A stretch of DNA of 30,497 nucleotides, taken from the NCBI GenBank assembly GCA_033549025.1, contig JAWSUS010000030.1:1-30497 (forward strand), given 5' to 3'. The notes below the pieces were generated by a model, which saw only the letters and a list, made by a program, of their open reading frames with translations, did not search any database and was not told where the DNA came from. Both the position numbers and the translations under genes were made by a program. Below, piece after piece: positions 27,521 through 30,497 of this stretch; the stretch's first letter is position 1; the number at the start of each line of letters is the position of its first letter. Source of the DNA: Desulfuromonadales bacterium. GTDB lineage: Bacteria > Desulfobacterota > Desulfuromonadia > Desulfuromonadales > SZUA-540.

Positions 27521-29167
27521 TCAGACGGAACTTTCTCGGCCGGGATGGCTGAGCGGCAAGGAGACAACCACCTCGGTCCCCTCTGCGTTGCTGTAGACAT
27601 CGATGTCGCCATGATGTCGACGGGCAATACCGTAGCAGACCGTCAATCCCAGCCCGGTTCTCTTGCCCGAAGGCCAGGACGTGAAGAAGGGATCGAAAAT
27701 CCGGCACAGGTTTTCCGTCGGGATGCCGCAGCCGTTATCGCCGATGGAAAGGCGAATCATCGGGTCATCGCTGCCAATATCTTTGATGACCCCGCTTCTT
27801 ATGCGGATTTCCCCGGTGCCTTTATCGACGGCCAGGATGGCATTTCGCAACACGTTGGTCAGGAGGCGCTCAAGCTGCCAGGGGTCGGCGTCGATGCGTG
27901 GCAACTGGGGGTTGGGGGGGCTTGTGATCTGGATGCCCTTGGCCTCTATTTCCGGCTCAAGGGCATGAAGGGCGCGGTTCAGAATGTGGCCGATATCTGT
28001 TTTGAGAAAAACCATTTTTTCGTGGTCACAGAAGACGTTCAGGTCATCGACGATCTTGACGCATCGGGTAGCTGCTTTTTCAATAGCTTCAAGCCACTGG
28101 GCGGCCTGGATGGTTTCCCGGTCGTTAAGCAGTATCTGCTTGCTCTCTCTAAGAACCTGAACAGCACAAAGAATGCCACTGACAGGATTGTTCAATTCAT
28201 GGGCCGTGCCATGCGCCATGCCGGTAATGGTCGCCATTTTTTCGGCTCGTATCAATTTGATCTGGGCGTCCTGCAGTTGCCGATCCTTTTCCGTGACCAT
28301 GGACTCAAGCTGCCTGTTCAGGCTGACGATCTGCGCCTCTTCGGCCTTGCGCACCGTGATGTCCCGCCAGATCAGATGGATGCCTGTCAGTTTATCGTCT
28401 TCCTTCTGAAAGCTGATATTCCCTTCCACCGGAATTTTCCGCCCGTCCTTGGCAGTGAATATGGTCTCCACGAGTCCCGGCTTTTGCCTGGCGGACAGGC
28501 GGGCGACCGTTGCCATGAATCTTTCCCGGCGGGTCGGGTCGATAATGTCGGTGATGTGCAGGCTGGCAATTTCCCGGTTGTCGTAGCCCAGATGACCTTC
28601 CCAGGCCGGATTGCTGTAAAGAATGCGGCCGTCCGGCGAAATCATCTGGACCATGTCACTGACGTTTTCAAAAAGATCCCGGTAGCGCTTTTCGCTCTCC
28701 TCCAGTTTGAGTTTCGTCGCCTTCAGGTCGGAAATGTCCAGAAAACTTTCGATAAGATGCTTTTTGCCGCCAATACCGATGGTTGAAACGGTTTTTAGAA
28801 TGGGGAGATTATCCCCCTTGATGGTAAGCAGGCTGCGCTCCGAACCGTCCAGAGCATGATCCTTGTCCGTGATGGGACATTCTCCTTCTTTGGCGGGACA
28901 GATGAAATTGTGGCAGATGTGCCCCAGGATTTTTTCACGATGGCCCCCGATCATTTCGAGCGCCTTCGGATTGGCATCGATGATGCGGTGGCTTTCGGCC
29001 TCAATGACCAGGATACCTACAGGGACACTGGAAAAAATCTTTTCCAGACGCTCCTGGTTCTCCTCCATGATCCGGTGGGCGTACTCCAATCCGGGATCAT
29101 TGGCGAAGTTGTGAAGATAGGCGGTTTTCCCCGGCGCTCTCATCTCATCGGCTGAGTTTTTCATCAT
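27521..29167 (-). CDS. Cytoplasmic PAS-PAS sensor histidine kinase (NtrB-like)
   Basis: Two PAS/PAC repeats (ending FLDISD, WRDITV), H-box AHELNNP, N-box NVLRNA, DNGCGI, FDPFFT, TGLGL; no TM. Confidence 0.92.
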   Translation of the reverse strand: MMKNSADEMRAPGKTAYLHNFANDPGLEYAHRIMEENQERLEKIFSSVPVGILVIEAESHRIIDANPKALEMIGGHREKILGHICHNFICPAKEGECPITDKDHALDGSERSLLTIKGDNLPILKTVSTIGIGGKKHLIESFLDISDLKATKLKLEESEKRYRDLFENVSDMVQMISPDGRILYSNPAWEGHLGYDNREIASLHITDIIDPTRRERFMATVARLSARQKPGLVETIFTAKDGRKIPVEGNISFQKEDDKLTGIHLIWRDITVRKAEEAQIVSLNRQLESMVTEKDRQLQDAQIKLIRAEKMATITGMAHGTAHELNNPVSGILCAVQVLRESKQILLNDRETIQAAQWLEAIEKAATRCVKIVDDLNVFCDHEKMVFLKTDIGHILNRALHALEPEIEAKGIQITSPPNPQLPRIDADPWQLERLLTNVLRNAILAVDKGTGEIRIRSGVIKDIGSDDPMIRLSIGDNGCGIPTENLCRIFDPFFTSWPSGKRTGLGLTVCYGIARRHHGDIDVYSNAEGTEVVVSLPLSHPGRESSV

Positions 29168-29211
29168 TCATTTCATCCCATCGTTACCAGCGATGTGCAA
29201 ATCATAAAAAA

Positions 29212-30012
29212 TCAGATGCTCAGGTTGTGAGCCTCATTGTGACACTCCTGACAGCGGTCAAATTGATTGTGAATCGTCATTGAGTGGGGCGTGCCGTGGC
29301 ATCCGGTGCAATCCAAAATGCTGCCGTGCCTGGAGAGGTGGCAGGCCAGGCAATCCAGTTTGGTGTGGCGACTGGCGCTTTCGGCCAGACGAACAAGAAC
29401 CTGGCCATGGCAGGCGCCGCAGTCCGAAGCAGATACGGCCAGCCTGTATTCCAGTCGCGTCGGGCTGTGCGCCTCATGACACCCTGTGCAGGACGACGAC
29501 TTCATCGTTTCGCCATGGGGTTGGTGACACTCGGTGCAGGCCGGCGGTGTCGTGTGCGCCAAGTGACAGCCAGTGCAGCTGAGTTGGCTATGACCTGATG
29601 GATAAGTCTGCAAGGCGACTGACTCGCTTTCATGGCAGGTCAGACAGGGGGCTGTCGTCCTTTCCGGGAAGGTCGTCTCAAGAGGCCGATGGGGATTGGT
29701 GTGACAGGAAAGACATTGCTCCAGGGCGTAGTGAGGCTTGGATGTGTGACAGAGCTGGCAGGCCGGGATGATTTCCATCTGCAGAGGAGGGTGCCCCTGA
29801 TGGCAGTCAAGGCAGCTAACCTGGGTCTGGTGCGCCCCACCGGCCTCGGCAATATCCAGAGGCGCCGTTTTATGACAAAGCTGGCAATGCTCCGCGTTTA
29901 AAGTCGCTAAGTCGGCGTTACCAGCCGCGCAGGCAGGCCCAAGGGCCTCCATGCCGAAAAACAAAAAGGCCAGCACCCAGAAGAGGTCGCGATGAGGAAA
30001 AGATGATGGCAA
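29212..30012 (-). CDS. Exported dodecaheme cytochrome c
   Basis: 12 CxxCH motifs counted; N-terminal hydrophobic signal; TTG start with GAGAGGA. Confidence 0.93.
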   Translation of the reverse strand: MPSSFPHRDLFWVLAFLFFGMEALGPACAAGNADLATLNAEHCQLCHKTAPLDIAEAGGAHQTQVSCLDCHQGHPPLQMEIIPACQLCHTSKPHYALEQCLSCHTNPHRPLETTFPERTTAPCLTCHESESVALQTYPSGHSQLSCTGCHLAHTTPPACTECHQPHGETMKSSSCTGCHEAHSPTRLEYRLAVSASDCGACHGQVLVRLAESASRHTKLDCLACHLSRHGSILDCTGCHGTPHSMTIHNQFDRCQECHNEAHNLSI

Positions 30013-30084
30013 TGGATTATCCTCTCTTTCAATGATGTTCTCACCTGGGGCGGCAGGCAGCGACCGCAGATAATACTCAGGCTT

Positions 30085-30102
30085 TTGCAGGGGCTGTGCC
30101 GT
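30085..30102 (-). promoter_or_regulatory. sigma54 -24/-12 promoter for the cytochrome gene
   Basis: Minus strand ACGGCACAGCCCCTGCAA = GG-N10-GC, about 75 nt upstream of the start codon. Confidence 0.65.
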
Positions 30103-30326
30103 CTTGAGGCTTTATTTGTAACTTCTTAAAATTGCAAAAGTTCGCCGAGTTTATGGAAGAGGATAGGATCTTTTCGATGTGTGTGGGACAGGCGAAATGC
30201 CCCAAAAAACGTGCATATCCCCATCAGTCCTTTATTTAGAAAAGGGTTTTCACAAGGTGAGATGCATGGATAGTGGAAAATATCGACTGGACCATGGGAT
30301 GAGTTAAAAAAAGAAGTGCCAATATG

Positions 30327-30339
30327 TATCAATAAATTG
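30327..30339 (+). promoter_or_regulatory. Possible IHF site
   Basis: TATCAATAAATTG matches WATCAANNNNTTR, but in AT-rich DNA where chance matches are likely. Confidence 0.35.
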
Positions 30340-30431
30340 CGATATAGTAAAAAACAAAAATAAGGTTGTTTGAGATTAAAAATAAACGCTTATTATACTT
30401 GTGTGACGGTTATATATTTAGGTGTAAGAAA

Positions 30432-30460
30432 TTGACGCGTTGTTTACAGAATCCGATAAT
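30432..30460 (+). promoter_or_regulatory. sigma70 promoter for a gene at the right edge
   Basis: TTGACG-N17-GATAAT followed by GGAGG at 30468-30472. Confidence 0.6.
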
Positions 30461-30483
30461 ATCGAGGGGAGGATTTTGTAAAC

Positions 30484-30497
30484 ATGGTCATGCACAA
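30484..30497 (+). CDS. 5' end of a gene running off the right edge, product unknown
   Basis: ATG 30484 (in-frame ATG 30490) after the promoter and GGAGG. Confidence 0.4.

Noticed and set aside
24813..28786. Long antisense ORFs 24813..25982, 26180..27478 and 27509..28786
   Set aside because: Each mirrors a well-supported gene on the other strand and lacks family motifs.
30305..30323. Minus-strand TTGGCAC as another sigma54 promoter
   Set aside because: No GC at the -12 position.

Overview
Mostly core chromosome of a GC-rich anaerobe; gene content and order suggest a Desulfuromonadales/Geobacter-like organism (inference). In order: a 2TM-HAMP membrane protein; a sigma54-type promoter (upstream repeats, IHF site, -24/-12) driving two unassigned, apparently paralogous small proteins; hypABCDE (minus strand, no hypF); tRNA-Pro/Arg/His/Leu; tig-clpP-clpX-lon-hup; tRNA-Asp/Val/Asp; a minus-strand run xseA-xseB-ispA-dxs-HDOD protein-diguanylate cyclase; a long ParA-family ATPase; minus-strand ftsE-ftsX-envC-ctpA-divergent polysaccharide deacetylase; a divergent NCS2 permease; and a second sigma54-type promoter driving a dodecaheme cytochrome c plus a soluble PAS-PAS histidine kinase. 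No transposase, integrase, phage gene, rRNA or CRISPR array was seen. The best candidates for undescribed systems are the small-protein pair at 870-1568 and the cytochrome/kinase unit at 27521-30223. All calls rest on motif recognition by eye; no searches were run.
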